In this document: piece by piece, positions 14,681 to 27,720 of the stretch
How the letters are laid out: each line of letters begins with the position of its first letter
Numbering within the stretch: position 1 is the stretch's first letter
DNA from: Gnetum montanum
Taxonomy: Eukaryota > Plantae > Gnetophyta
Assembly (NCBI GenBank): GCA_015680685.1
Contig: MNCI01001419.1
Location: 177,492 to 241,491, forward strand
Reading direction: 5' to 3'
DNA length: 64,000 bases
Made by a program: the position numbers and the translations under genes
Notes under the pieces: generated by a model
Database searches by the model: none
The model's input: only the letters and a program-made list of their open reading frames with translations
Told to the model about the DNA's origin: nothing

Positions 14681-16776
14681 GGACAACCATCCTTAATTTT
14701 TCAAATCTTCTCCTTCCAACATAGTTATGGGGGAGATGGACATCCATGCTAAATCATCCATATGGCTACTCAGTTTTTCTATTTTTTCTTTTGTTTTCCA
14801 CATTTTTGATTTTTCAAGTTATTTATTTTACAAGGATTTGATTTTCAAAGTTTTTTATATTTTTACACCATTTTTTTATTTTACACCATCCTTAGTAGGT
14901 TTGAATCTTCATTGGATATTTTACACTTTCTTGTATATTTTATTTTGTTTAAGTGTGATTTTCAAATTTTTGCTAATAAAAGTGCTTTATTACCAACAGG
15001 ACATGGTGGTGTTGTGGATATTACTAATGATGGTTTGTGATTTATGTTTTATTTACTAATTTCTAGTTTCTATTTTTGAATTTTTGTACCAATGACTCAG
15101 TCATGATTTCTTTTTCATAAAACAAGCAATGAGTCCATAACATCCACCTATTCACAAAATCTATGATTTTTGTTGTTTTGAAAGTTTGAGGTCCCTTTCA
15201 TTAAATTAAATTTTAATTAATCTATGACCTTGGTATTTTTTAGAATTAGAAAAAAATTAAAGGTTTGAATAGGATGTGACTTCCAGGAGACTTAATACTC
15301 TTTGTACTCTTCTACTTACTTGAGTTCTTGAGTGTTCTCATGGACTTCTTATCATTCCATTCCAACCACTAATAGGAAGACAAATAAAGTTTTTTCATAG
15401 TGTGGTTTTGATCCAAAAAGAAAAACAAGAACAAAATATTAAAAAAGCACATGATGGAAATTCAAAGCACATCCCTTAGATAAATAAATGGGATACAAAC
15501 ACTAGTTATGGGACTAGAAAGACATGTATCCATGCCTAAAGGTCCCCTCCAACTAAGGCTCTATCCCACCTCCTACTTATTTTTTGTTCTCTTTATGGAA
15601 TGATGGTTGTTTTGTGGGTGCATTCTTATGTCTTGGGGGGATGGATTGGACTTGGAGTGGTCATGCAAAGTCATTGAAAAATATTGGTTTTGGTCTGGAC
15701 TAGGGATCAATCTTATTTGGTCATTTTAAACATGAACTCCATAAAGGACTTCTTATGAGCTTAGTTGGAATTTCATTACACCTTCTCCATAATTCATTTA
15801 TGTTTTCTATAATTCACCTCATTGCTAAAGTCTATGTTCTTGATTCTGTGTCTAGGTCTGACATATTTGAATTCTTACGTAGAATCTTCAAGGTCTTGGT
15901 TCTTAACTTTTATTAATCATTAATCACCTATAGGCCCCATATACTTCTTAGGTTGAGGTTATGCAAGGGTAAACAAGGCATGTGCTGCTATGGGAAGAAC
16001 CCACTTGCATATCTCTTAGTGGTGTTCATTAAGCACCTTATCCTTAGGCATTCCTGCAAATAGAATCTTTTGTACATGCATCTTCCACATCAAACCATGT
16101 GCTCCTTTACATATTTTATTCATTAAATATGTTCTCTATTAAATTTAAGACCCTCTTCAATGATTTTATCATATTCTGGCTTTTCTAGAATTCCATAGAC
16201 CCCAAGTTCATTGAAAAATTACTTATATTTTTTGAGATATTGACATTTGAAAATTTTTGTTGATGAGTGTTGTATATAGGGCCCCGTTGACAAAGCAGAC
16301 CCATATATAGGGCCCCATAAATGTAAAGAAAAAATAGTATAAATAATCATGACCCCACTTGGAAAGTTTTACATTTTCTCATAAATGCCAAAGGAGTTTT
16401 TCAAATTTTTAGAGCCCATAACTTACAAACCATTTATCTAAATCATTCTATTCTTTGACCTTGTAGCTACTAGAGGTAAGCTCTTCATCATGGGGGCCAT
16501 AAATGTGCCATTTTTGATAGAAAACTCTTCATGATTTTTTTAAGTTCCAAAAAGGTTTAACTAAAAAATCAACTATCAAACACTAAATTACAAGAGTTAA
16601 AATTTTCTAAAAATCTCTAGTGACATTAATAATAAATAATAATTAATTAATTAATAAAATAATAATATACCATGGTCGAACATTAGCCAAAGTGTAACAA
16701 ACTAATGAGAAAAGGTATCCAAAAATCTAAAGTTATACATTATATTTACTAATCTATGGATGTGTTATGATTGTAG

Positions 16777-19590
16777 ATGGCACCAAAAGGAAAGCACATG
16801 CAAGAAGTAGGACCATTCCAACTAAGGGAGAAGTGACCTAGAATGGGAAGAGTCTAAGAACATCCCCATGAAGAACCACTTGCAACCCATGTCATAGGTC
16901 CTTTTTAGGAAGAGGTAGAAGTGGAATCTATCAAACAGATTCTAGAATCAATAGCAGTAGCAACAAAACACTCCCATTAGGACAATGCACTAACACAACC
17001 TGCAAATCTTGAAGTAACCTTAATAGAGGCTTACTTGAATCAAATGAAATCAAGTGAGGTCCAAAAATCAATGCCTCAAGAGTTAAACTTTGGCCTTTCT
17101 TGAAGCATGCACCAAATGAAGTATAGTACTAGTTGAAGACCTCTCCCATATGGCTAATCATCACTTCCATTAGGAAGTGGTACATGGGAGAGATGTTCCT
17201 ATTTTGGAACAACAAGAAACCCAGATAAACAGTGAAAATCAAACACATCTCAATGTCCTACTCAGTGTAGGCCATTGCTGTAGTGCATGGGTTACTTGGA
17301 ATAGGCATAACCTTTATTGAGATCCCAATGTAGGTGGATCCTAGTATCAAGAAAGAATAGACACAATGGTACTATGGTGTCAACCATAAGGAGTTTGGTG
17401 AGCTCATATCGGTAGAGAAAATTTATTACAAGATTGTTATCCTTTCACCTCAATCCCATGGTGAGGCCAAGAAAAATCACCACCTTCTCTACCTGAGCAT
17501 GAAATAATTCAAGTAGGAGATTGCCAATCAACCTTCTACAACTAATCTATCTAGAGATAGAGAAGTAGTTTAAGGAAAATGAACATGGAAGGAAGGCACT
17601 CCCCTTTCCATGCCTCTTTAGGAAACTATATCAAAGGGAAGAGATATTTCATTATTCCAACGACATAGTGAGAATTGTTCTAGCCACCAATTGGGTGGAA
17701 ATTATGAAGGATAAGACACCTAGAATCATTATTCAAGAAGAGGAGCAATGATCACCACCTCCACCTACCACTTAGACAACAATGCCAAACATCATTATGA
17801 TAATCCAATGGTTATGCGAATACTAGGAATGGCTCTTCAGTGAACAAGAGTAACAAGTAGGCATGAGTGAAGGCAACCCATCCATGTATAGACTAGCAAT
17901 GAGTCACCTCAATGAGTTGGCCCTAAAATTTAGTTTGATGGATGGAGGTGGATTCATTTTCTTGACCCAAAGAACACAACTACATGTGAGGTCAAATCCT
18001 AGCACTAGAGAGGTCATAGTATCTCTTGCAAAATAATAGTCACTCTTAGAAATTCCTAAGAACAACATGACCTTCTTGGTGTGCTTAGAGAAGGGTGAGG
18101 GAATAATTGTATTAGTGATGTAGCACCAAGGATAAGAGATCATAGTAGAAGTGGTTGCTAATCATATTGTCGAGACTCTCACTGCACCTATGACATCTAC
18201 ATTAGTTATCACTACACTCAAAGATGTGCAGACATCCATAGGAACCATAAGTGGCAGAATAAACATAACATAGCATGAAGAACTACTAGATCAACTAGTA
18301 GTAACCGAGCAACCACTTCTAGATGTCTTTAACCTTCTAGACAACATTACTATAATCCAGTCAAAGATGCTAGATGTAAGGGGCAAGAATATATTATTAA
18401 AAGGGAAACTTAAAATGCCTAGGGAGTGAAATAATTGATTGGCTACAAAAGTTCCTAAATGAAGAGCCAAATAACTAATCTCACATTTCTCAACCTACCA
18501 TTAACAAGAGATGAAGCTATGTAACAACTTCACACTAAGCTTAAAAGGGTTGAGGTTGTAATGGAGATGGTGGTGTTCTATCAATCCTTGGTACATACCA
18601 CTTAGCACAAGATTTAGAAGGCCTTGGATTAGACCCACCAAGAGAATGTTCAGTTAACTATCGAGAACCATCTCCTACAAAATGTTGATGAACACAAGCA
18701 ACAATTAACTAACTTCATCCATCAATAATAAGAGTAATTGGCCAAAGCAAACACAGAACTAAGGATATTGATAGCAAAGAATAGGAATCTCTCCATGGAG
18801 AAGGTATGCACTCTTCATAAAAAAATTACAATCAAGGTAGCCTCTTGGAAATCTAAAGCTCTCAAATTTGAGAAATCAAAGATCATTACAAAGAATAGGT
18901 CAACCTAGAGAAGGAGGTAAATGAAAAATACATCTAGTTGGTGAAGGTGAAAGTAAATGAAGCCCTCCAACAACTCTAGCAAGATAGAGAAGTTTGAAAA
19001 CCCATCATTGATGGAATAGATGCCTACAATAAGGTAGTGATTTTCACAAAGGGGTTGAAGATCGAGGAGATGACAAAATATATAGAGCTGGCCAATCTCT
19101 ATTATATAAACCTAGTCATGTTAACTACTAGATGACTATGATTAGAGCTCCAGAAGTATGTGGATAGGTTGTACTTGTTGTATGAGGACAATCTCGAGCA
19201 CCACAAGCACATCAAGGATAAGCTTGTGATGACTAATGCTAAACTTGAAGTTCTCAAGGCATGACTCATTAATCAATGATCAACTGCTAAGAGCCTAGCA
19301 AAAAGGATGAATGACTACCAAGATCTACAAAATGCAATCAAAATGTTCAACATTAAATGCAAATAGTTTGCTGCTTGGTTTGTGAACCTAGAGTAGATGT
19401 TTCCAATAATGCCATATTTGTGAAATGTCACCATTCTAGCCCACATTTATGATGCCATGTGGACTATGAATGATCCCTGGTGTAAGGAGGAGAAGATGAA
19501 GGCATTGCTAAATGACTTTCACCTTCCACCAAAGGTTACAGCTATAGCAGGATAGCCACAACCACCTTAGCTACACACATGTTCCTAAAG
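16777..19590 (+). pseudogene. Athila accessory ('env-like') ORF: N-terminal PF20167-like domain plus C-terminal coiled coil
   Basis: ttgtag|ATG GCA CCA AAA (acceptor-like site then MAPK); motifs WYMGEMFLFW..TVKIKHISMSYSV.AIAVVHGL and LPINLLQLIYLEI..ALPFPCLFRKL; E/K/Q-rich tail homologous to 33150-34865. Confidence 0.7.
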
Positions 19591-19887
19591 CTGGTGAGGG
19601 TCCTTCAAAACCATAGGAGCCATCACTGCTTGGGATTGTTTGATTTTCTCCACAACCTTCATGCCATCAAAGAAAGTGTTGCCCAATTGTTTTTGTGTAG
19701 TACTGTCATGGTGTTTAATTTTGCATCATGAACACTACAATTTTGTAATGTATTGATATGTATACTTAAGGCACTCATTTTTATCAAGTTATTTTATTTT
19801 GTTTTGTTAAGAGTTAGTCAATAATCCCATACCTTTTTAATTTTATAAAAGAACTAAAGGAAAATTTTTCATTTAGTCATGGAGGTA

Positions 19888-20836
19888 TAATAAGTATCAA
19901 GGTGTCATGTCGATGAGCCCTCATTGATGTGGCCTAAGTAACAAGCCCCCATCAATGAGGCCCCATTTACATGATGTTGTCCCATCGATGGGGTTGGGTC
20001 ATCATAACATTCGCTACATTGATGAAGCCCCATTAAAGTATCCTTAGAGCAAAAACTATAAATACAAGATCCCAGGCATGTTTATGGGCATTCAAGTCAT
20101 AGTGATAGTAGAGCTCTTACATGTTTTCTGTTTGAAAGTTAGAATATTTTTCCTAAGTGCTTGTAGCAAGAATCATTGAGTATATGGATCTTTATTCAAG
20201 CATTGTTATACCTGAGCATGATAGTATGTACAAAAATAAAGATGAGATTCTTGATAAACCTTGCAGCATTCTAGATAGTTTAGATATTTATTCATGTATT
20301 TAATGCTTTTAGTTATTTATTTAGTATTTTTTAGTAGTTAAGCTAATTAAGAGAGATGAGCTAAATAGATTAAATACATAAGTACAACTACTTTGAGCAT
20401 AACACATATTTGGTTTGTAATCCCAATAGCATTCTTGCTTGGTGCACCTAGTAGTATAGCACTTGGTAACCTAGTAGTGGATACATGGGTTTAGGACATG
20501 TAGGGAAAATGAGACTAGATGCTTATGTTAAAACTAGCTAGAGACTAATTAGTTAGTTAAATTAAATTAGTCATTATATTAGTTCATCTCTCTCTCTTTA
20601 AGCATTAAAACCATAAAACATAAAATGATAAAAATAATATGCCTTGATTACACTTAACCATACCTTTGTACTTCAAAAGTGTAACTGGGAAGATAATGAA
20701 TGACCTTAGGATAAAGTTCATTTCCTAGAAGACTAGTGCACCAAAAACTAGAGAGTGCATGAATTCAACTAGATGGTAAATGAGTGCTCTATGATTCATA
20801 TGGTTGGGAATAAGGGTACCTCTTCATCACTCATCA
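19888..20836 (+). repeat. Athila 3' LTR
   Basis: Starts TAATAAGTATC (deaminated TGATGAGTGTC), ends CACTCATCA; colinear with the 5' LTR. Confidence 0.92.
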
Positions 20837-21939
20837 CTTGTCAAAAATCTATCCTTTGGAGGAAGATGAAATCCCAACTATAGCCAATCTCTTACATAAG
20901 TAAGGAAGGTTCCTCCCAAGATTTATAATGGCTCATGCAAAGGGCTAAAGGAGCTTCTTTAGACATGAACTCATCTAAGCACTGGTGGATTTTGATAATC
21001 TCAACTGTGGAGATTATTCCTTCTTTTATTTCAGAGGTATGGTATTGGGTCCTACTTCTATTGCATGGGAAGTACTCCTTTTCTCAACATACTCACTGAG
21101 ACTTATCTTGTCTTTAATCAAAGGAAACTCTAGAATAGGTACATCCTTCTAGTAAATCAACAAATTGATGAGGTAGGGATGACCAAGAATTCTCTCTTTG
21201 GAATAGAGGTTTAAAATTTCTTGATGAAGTGTGTGTCCTAGATCCAATGATAAACCTAAAAGAAGATAATAAAGTACAAAATCCTTGGGTGGTAGTAAAA
21301 TTTTGTAGCTACCTTCTTTCATCATGATGTTATACAGAACAACAAGTGACAAGCTGGAGGCATCATGAGTCATCTACTTCTCTCAATATGATCCATATCA
21401 AAGGACATATCTCTACCAAATAAGACATCACAGAGTTCATAATGTCCTATAGGCATTATACAATTTGCATAAATATCATGTATAGCATCAATGATTACTA
21501 GGAAGACATCAATACTAGAGATACCCTTAATTACATGAACTTAGGGAGAGACATCAAAAATAATTCCCCCAACCATTGATGTGAATTCCCCAACAATAGC
21601 ATTAGAAACAAAAATATTACAATAAAATTCTCTAATTAGTATCTTAGAAACTAGAAAATTCATAGTAATGAAAGTGTTCCAATTCAGAAACTTAAAATAG
21701 TCTAGCAAGGCTTGTTGTCTATGAGCCAGAAAAGCAAGAGAATGTTTAGAAATGATGCTACTTCTTTGATTTTCCTCAAACCTATGATGTTCACTCATGC
21801 TATGAAATTGAGGCATGCACAAGGGTGACATACTATTGATACTCCCTTTTGAATGATTTTTGGGTAATAGTCTGGACATTCCTATCTTCTTATGGGCCAT
21901 CTCTAACAAAATTGCTACAAATAGTGGAGTCCTAGTCAT
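20837..21939 (-). pseudogene. Sirevirus accessory ('env-like') ORF with PF20167-like domain; continues at ~7100-7640 beyond the Athila insertion
   Basis: FKFLNWNTFI..KILIREFYCNI..FTSMVGGIIFDVSP and LDLGHTLHQEI..LGHPYLINLL. Confidence 0.75.
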
Positions 21940-22549
21940 CTCTATGAGGTAGATCTAAAGGAATATGACAAAAAATGAGGATTTTATCTCTTATAGTGGT
22001 AAAAAATTAAGGGCTTTGAGAAAAAAAAAAGAGATCTTTTACGCATTTGAAATACATAGTAGATGTCTTTCTCACATAGTAGATGTCTTTTCTATGGTAT
22101 ACAGAAAATTAGACAAATGTCTTTGTTTACACGAAGATGTCTTTAGAGAGACATCTTTTATTTTTGAAAGAATTCTTTTATCAAAATCAGGATGGAGCTT
22201 GGGAAAGGTTGTCAATGGGTTATAGTCTTAATGAAAGCTAAAAAAACAAAATAAAACTTACCCCTACTTATCTATTATACTATCAAAAAGTGGTGGAGTT
22301 TAGAGATCTAGAGAATGAGTTTCCTCTTTTGAGGATTCTCCTCTCAACCAAACTTCTCCAATGTCCAAAGTATGACCTTCTCTTATGAATTTGTTGGTGA
22401 GGATGTCATGATTTCTCTATTCCTATTATTTAACTCTCCATTCATTTTTTATTTTTTTGATGTATTGAGTTGACATCTACTTTCCTTTGTGATCCTACAC
22501 AAAATCCTTTCTCAGTGAACTTTGATAAAACTAAGGAGTCCTATGATAT

Positions 22550-24166
22550 GGCCAATGATAATATTTAAGAGTACAATCCCATTGTTTAGGTCTTAACATG
22601 TGAAAATAATAGCACCTCATTCTCTTATGGAAGTATGAGTAATTAGAATATCAAACCTTTCAAGACCTTTTTGAGATATGGGTGCATCCTCTGATTTTTA
22701 TGTGCTAGTTGTTTCTTTTGGTGGATCATTTGATTGGGATGTGTTTAGAGGTGATGAATATTCTTAAGTGTAGCATCCTAGAATGCTCTTATCATGTGGA
22801 CTTCTTCCTTGTCCTAGGACCATTTGAAGGGATTTATTTTCCTTGTCCAATGTCTCATTTATTAATTTAATGTTTGCAACTTCTACTTTAGCCTATTTTA
22901 AAGATGAGGTTAGCTATTCATTCTTAACCCTTAGATCTAGGAGTTGTTTAGAAAGATCAAAAATATTCAAATTCAACAATGATATTTCCTGATCTTTAGA
23001 CTTAACTTTTTTATTTAACTTAGTGCAAAGACTTTGAAATGACAAAAGCTCATTGCATAACAAATCAAACCTTTCATCATCAGCTAAGATCATCATCTAA
23101 TGAATCAACATCATCATTAGTGAGGACCATGCAAATAAGATGAGAACTTTTTACATCATCCTCAATTTCTTCCTCACTCTACTCCCCATCATCCTAACTT
23201 ATATAGAAGTTGGTCTTTTTTGCTTCTTCAATGGACTTGTTCTTGGTTTGGAACCTGAAATTGCTGGAATATTTGGATGTAATATGGTCTCTTCCTCCAC
23301 AAATCCAACATTCTACAGAAGAGAAATCTAAACTAAAATTCAAAAACTTCTTATCTCTTTCTTTACCTTTGAATAAATTGAATCTTTGTTTATTTTTTTC
23401 CTTTATTCCTTCTTATTATCAATCATCATAGCCTCATAGTGAGAAAGACAATCTCATATTCACCACCCTCATCATGCTCATTAATCTCCATCTCCTTGGA
23501 GGTAGTCTTCAAGGTAATGGATCTTTCTTAGATAACTCCTTCACTAATGAGATTCATCTCATAAGAGATGAAAGCACTTTCAAGTTCTTCAAATTTTAGG
23601 TTTGAGAAATATTTGATTTCTTCCATTGTCATGACCTTAGGTCTAAACTCTAGTTGAATATTTTTGATCATTTTAATGATCACATTACTTTTAGGCAAGT
23701 TTTTACTAGCACCTCTAATGGCCACAAGCATATCATTGGCTTTAGAGAATTAATCTTTTTTCTTTTTATCTTATCTTATTTTAAGCTTATTATATTTACT
23801 TTACAAGACCAACAATTTTTATTGCTTAACAATAGAGGTACCTTCAAACATAGCTTCTAACATTTGTCAAATTTCTTTGGCTCTTTTACATCCTACTACT
23901 CTACTAAATTGAGATTTGTTCAAAGCATAATATAAACAATTTTTTTCTCTAGAATTAAACATGAACATATCTTTTTCCTCTTGTATCCATTTGTTTTGAG
24001 GCTTGATGATGTTAGTGGAGCTATCAATAGGTGGAGCGTACCCTTCAAGGATTGACTCCCACATTTCAAACTCCATGGATTTGAAGAATGCTTTCATTCT
24101 AGCTTTTCAATAAGCAAATATGAATCTATTGAACATGGGTGCCTTTGTGTAAGATCTCCGATCCAT
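22550..24166 (-). pseudogene. Sirevirus-type Copia gag
   Basis: MDRRSYTKAPMFNRFIFAY(W)KARMKAFF..FSRVVGCKRAKEI; EFRPKVMTMEE (UBN2-like); decayed CCHC knuckles ECWICGGRDH (~23300) and ~22600. Confidence 0.88.
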
Positions 24167-24206
24167 TGTTTACTCTTGAAGGTAATGATGACAAAGAAGA
24201 GTACCA

Positions 24207-24219
24207 GGCCATGATATCA
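24207..24219 (-). other. Decayed tRNA-iMet primer-binding site
   Basis: Minus strand TGATATCATGGCC resembles TGGTATCAGAGCC, a few bases inside the LTR end. Confidence 0.7.
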
Positions 24220-24223
24220 CTTA

Positions 24224-25288
24224 TGAATTGTTGAACTTAGAAGGGGGGTAAGTGGATGAATAAGTTTTTCAAATTGAAATTATTTGGATAAATCATACAC
24301 ATTGAATTTGATGTGGTTTCCCAACTTGGGTAGTTCACAATCAAAGGATATATTTCAAGCACACCTCTAAACTTTTTTGCTCTCAAATTTGTTTGAAGGG
24401 TACCACATCTTATACAAGATCTAAGCTTTGCTTCAGAGTGTTATAATGCTACACCAACCACTCAACCCCACAAGATCTTGACAAGCTTCAAATGTGGTTT
24501 CTAGGCCTCCACAACCTTTATAATCTTGATCTCTACCCTAGAGTGTTGTTGCACTACACAATCACTTAATTTCATAGCATTACAATAAGCTCAAGCAAGA
24601 TGACTTCCTGGAAGAAGCACGTCAACCTCATAGGATAACAAGAGAGAACAATAATTACAAGGAATGAATGCAACTCAGTTTGCTGATCCTTGCACTTTGA
24701 AGTATAGCATACTTTATAATGGACAAATGATAATACAATGAGGAGAAAAAATTATTGACAATTGATTACAAAATGATAGTACAAATGCTTGCACATTTCC
24801 CAATGAGAATGATGTCTCCTTATAGTCATCATGTTTTCAAATCCATTTTGGAACTCATGAAATAGAGAGATAATATCATGAAAGACATATTCTTCATGTT
24901 TGAGGTGTCTTTCTATTTTTCCCTTGGTTCTAGAAGGTCATTTTTGTCTAGTGAAATACACCTTATTGAATCTGGCCTGCATTCTATGAAAAAGTCTTTA
25001 TATGGGGAAAGATAGATTTGTTTAATGAAATACATCTACCATTTTTTAGAGACATCTTCTTTTGTATTGTCTTCAATTCTTATAAGACATCTACTATTTC
25101 TTGGAGACATCTTTCTTCACTTTTCTTTGCATGATGAATTCTTCATTCCTTATTCACAACCTTGATTTTTTTGCAAACCTTCTTGTCTCAATCCAAGTTC
25201 TTTTTCTACAAGCATAATAATCAAACATACATACAAATAATTTTGTCTTCCATTTTTCTTAATGTTTTCACATATCAAAAGGTCTGCA
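24224..25288 (-). repeat. 5' LTR of the Sirevirus-like element
   Basis: Begins TGCAGACCTTTTG on the minus strand and ends CAATTCA; homologous to 5670-6666 and 28200-29362. Confidence 0.88.
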
Positions 25289-26769
25289 TCTTGAAACTCC
25301 TTGGGAGGTGGGATTCCATGATGTCTATGATGTCTGTGAAGCTCCATGGGTGGAAGGATTCCATGGTGTTTGCAATATCCATGAAGCTTTATGAAAGGTA
25401 GGATTTCACAATCTCTATATTATCTATGAACCTTGTAAGAGGTAGGATTCCATGGTGTTCACAAATCTCATAGACACATTGAATTACCAAATTTTTAATA
25501 GATTATTCAAAAAAATTAGTGATGATGATGGGAACAATGTCAACACCATAAGCAATGACAATGATACTATGGTGATGGTTGGTAGTAGGAAAGATGTCAT
25601 TGATGACAACAGTGATTACGATGGTGGGCAATGAGAAGGGCAACAGAAACAAAAAAAAAGGCAATGGATAATATGAAGCAAGTAGCAAGAAACATGAGAA
25701 CAAATAGTGTGGAGTGGCAATGTTGGAATGGTGAGGGTTTCCATAGTCCCTTCTTCCCAGAGCTTGGTGTAGCCTACCCTACCACAATTAAGTTTGGAGG
25801 CCCTACCCTAATGAAGAGTGGCCTAGCCTCTCACTATGGATGGGTGTTCATCTTTATGGACTTCTCCACCATTAGTCTACTTGTGATGCTCATGCTACTC
25901 AAAGTGTACCGTATCTTCTCCTCATGTAGCCAAAATGCTAACTACATGCCATCCATGGTAGCAGGACTACTTAGGTGCACAATCTAGAATAAGTAGTTCC
26001 ACTCATACATCCATGTCTTTCCAAAAGCCTTTCTCAACATTGCTTCCACATTATCCAATATCAAGAACACCACATCCTTTATTACATTTACTAGGACCAT
26101 GTTTGCATCCACCAATGCTCTTCTGGTGGGGTCGTTGCTATGTGCAGCATGGAAGAAAATATCCACCTTGGTTAGCTAACATTCAATGGTTTCCTCTAGC
26201 CCTTGCACAATGGTCTCCACAATCCGCAAAAGCTCAAACAATGCTCTCTTGATGATTGCTATTTCCAAGTTGGCATTCACAATCAATGTCACTATCACAT
26301 CACTAAAAACCACTAGCCTTGCAAGATTGTACATGTGATCATCGTCCGAGTGAGGTTCACAAAAAATGCTTGTGAAAATCTTCTTGCACATGACTAGCAC
26401 ATCACACCAAGGCACCACTACACTTGGTGCTAGCTAATTAAGCCCAACCAGAACATTGGACCCATGCCTTTTGTACAACACAATGTAATGAAAAGATAAG
26501 GTTGGTAGCATGGTAGGTGAAGGACGTTGTGGAGCGACAGTGAACGAAAACTAACAAAGCATGTGTAATAGTAGGGGTGGTGGGTAGGGAGGGTTTTAGT
26601 GACATAAACACATGTGGAATATAGCAATGGTGGATGCTACTCAGCCCTTTTTAGGCCAATGCAACCTAATACAGGGCTACACGACCATCATGAAATTTTT
26701 TTCTTAAATATATTTTATATTTATTTATTTTCAAATCATTTTAGGAATTGGGGTTTGAACCCACAATGT

Positions 26770-26895
26770 TTTATTTTTATTTATTATTACTATTATTATT
26801 ATTATTATTATTTTAATTATAATTATTATTTTTCATATATATATATATATTTAAATTTAAATTTTTTTATTTTGTTTAATATATACATATGTATA
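26770..26895. repeat. (TAT)n / (TA)n microsatellite tract
   Basis: Runs of TTA/TAT and TA read directly. Confidence 0.85.
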
Positions 26896-26999
26896 TCACC
26901 AAGGTTCCTAGTCAAGTCATTACCACAACTAGACCTAAGATTTTGGTTTAAGAATTAAGAGGTTACAAGTCCAATCCCAAGTTCTAAAATTATGTCATT

Positions 27000-27720
27000 A
27001 AGGTTTTAGGATAACATTTTATTATTATTTTATTTTAGCATGCATAATAAGAAATTTTAAACATTGATATCTATAAAATCGTAAGTTGTATTGAGATGAA
27101 ATTTATACCATTGGAATCATCTTGATGAGTACTACAAGTTGCCTATGGTCATAAGGTCTAAAAACTAATTTGAATTTCCAAGATTTTAAAGAACCAAGAT
27201 AGCTTATTTTGCCAAATCGACATTTCTAAGCTAACATATAGACGAAATGATGACTTCTAGATAACTCCAATAATTATAAATGATATGCTTATCCTTAAAT
27301 GCAAAAAAAAAAAAATTACCTTAAGATTTTGGGACTATGAGATAATCTTATCCTCTCACATTAGGATTATGTCCTAGGTATTAAGGATAAGCAAGACATC
27401 ACAACATTATTCCTCAAAGACTCATTTTTGTATGAATCTCATAGTAATGAAAATTTATTAGTTCATTAGGAATGAGATAATCTTGTAACCAGGTTGAATG
27501 CCTAAAATTTACCAATACATGAGTCCAAGCTAATATGAGTATTGCCAAGTTTATAGGAGTAAGGTATTCAGGACAATAATTTTCAAATGAGACCAAATCA
27601 ACTCAGGTCATAGTTATTAACCTTCTAGAAGGACCTTATTGATGACCTAAATTCATTACATTCTAACACTAATATAAGATGGGTAAGAGTTACATAGATT
27701 AGTGTTTTACCAATGTTTCC
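27000..27720 (-). mobile_element. Possible Gypsy 3'-end remnant (chromodomain-like tail plus LTR start)
   Basis: HVLVNFRHSTWLQDYLIPNELINFH loosely resembles a chromodomain (YLVKW..STW...P.ELI..FH), followed by a purine tract and TG. Weak. Confidence 0.3.

Larger units (their letters stand above)
7641..20836 (+). mobile_element. Full-length, degenerate Athila-type Ty3/Gypsy LTR retrotransposon (13.2 kb)
   Basis: LTRs TGATGAGTG...CACTCATCA, Athila-type PBS, gag-PR-RT-RH-INT order, 3' accessory ORF, ATGGAGGTA before the 3' LTR. Degenerate 5-bp TSD CTCCT/CTTGT; the interrupted Copia frame rejoins when the element is removed. Confidence 0.93.
5670..25288 (-). mobile_element. Sirevirus-like (SIRE/Maximus) Ty1/Copia element, non-autonomous (gag plus accessory ORF, no pol seen), interrupted by an Athila insertion
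   Basis: Two homologous ~1-kb LTRs, decayed tRNA-iMet PBS, Copia gag with two zinc knuckles, multiple PPT-like tracts before the 3' LTR. Confidence 0.85.

Noticed and set aside
16777-21939. True viral envelope genes or an endogenous virus
   Set aside because: No signal peptide or fusion-protein pattern is evident; the ORFs fit transposon accessory domains within standard LTR structures.
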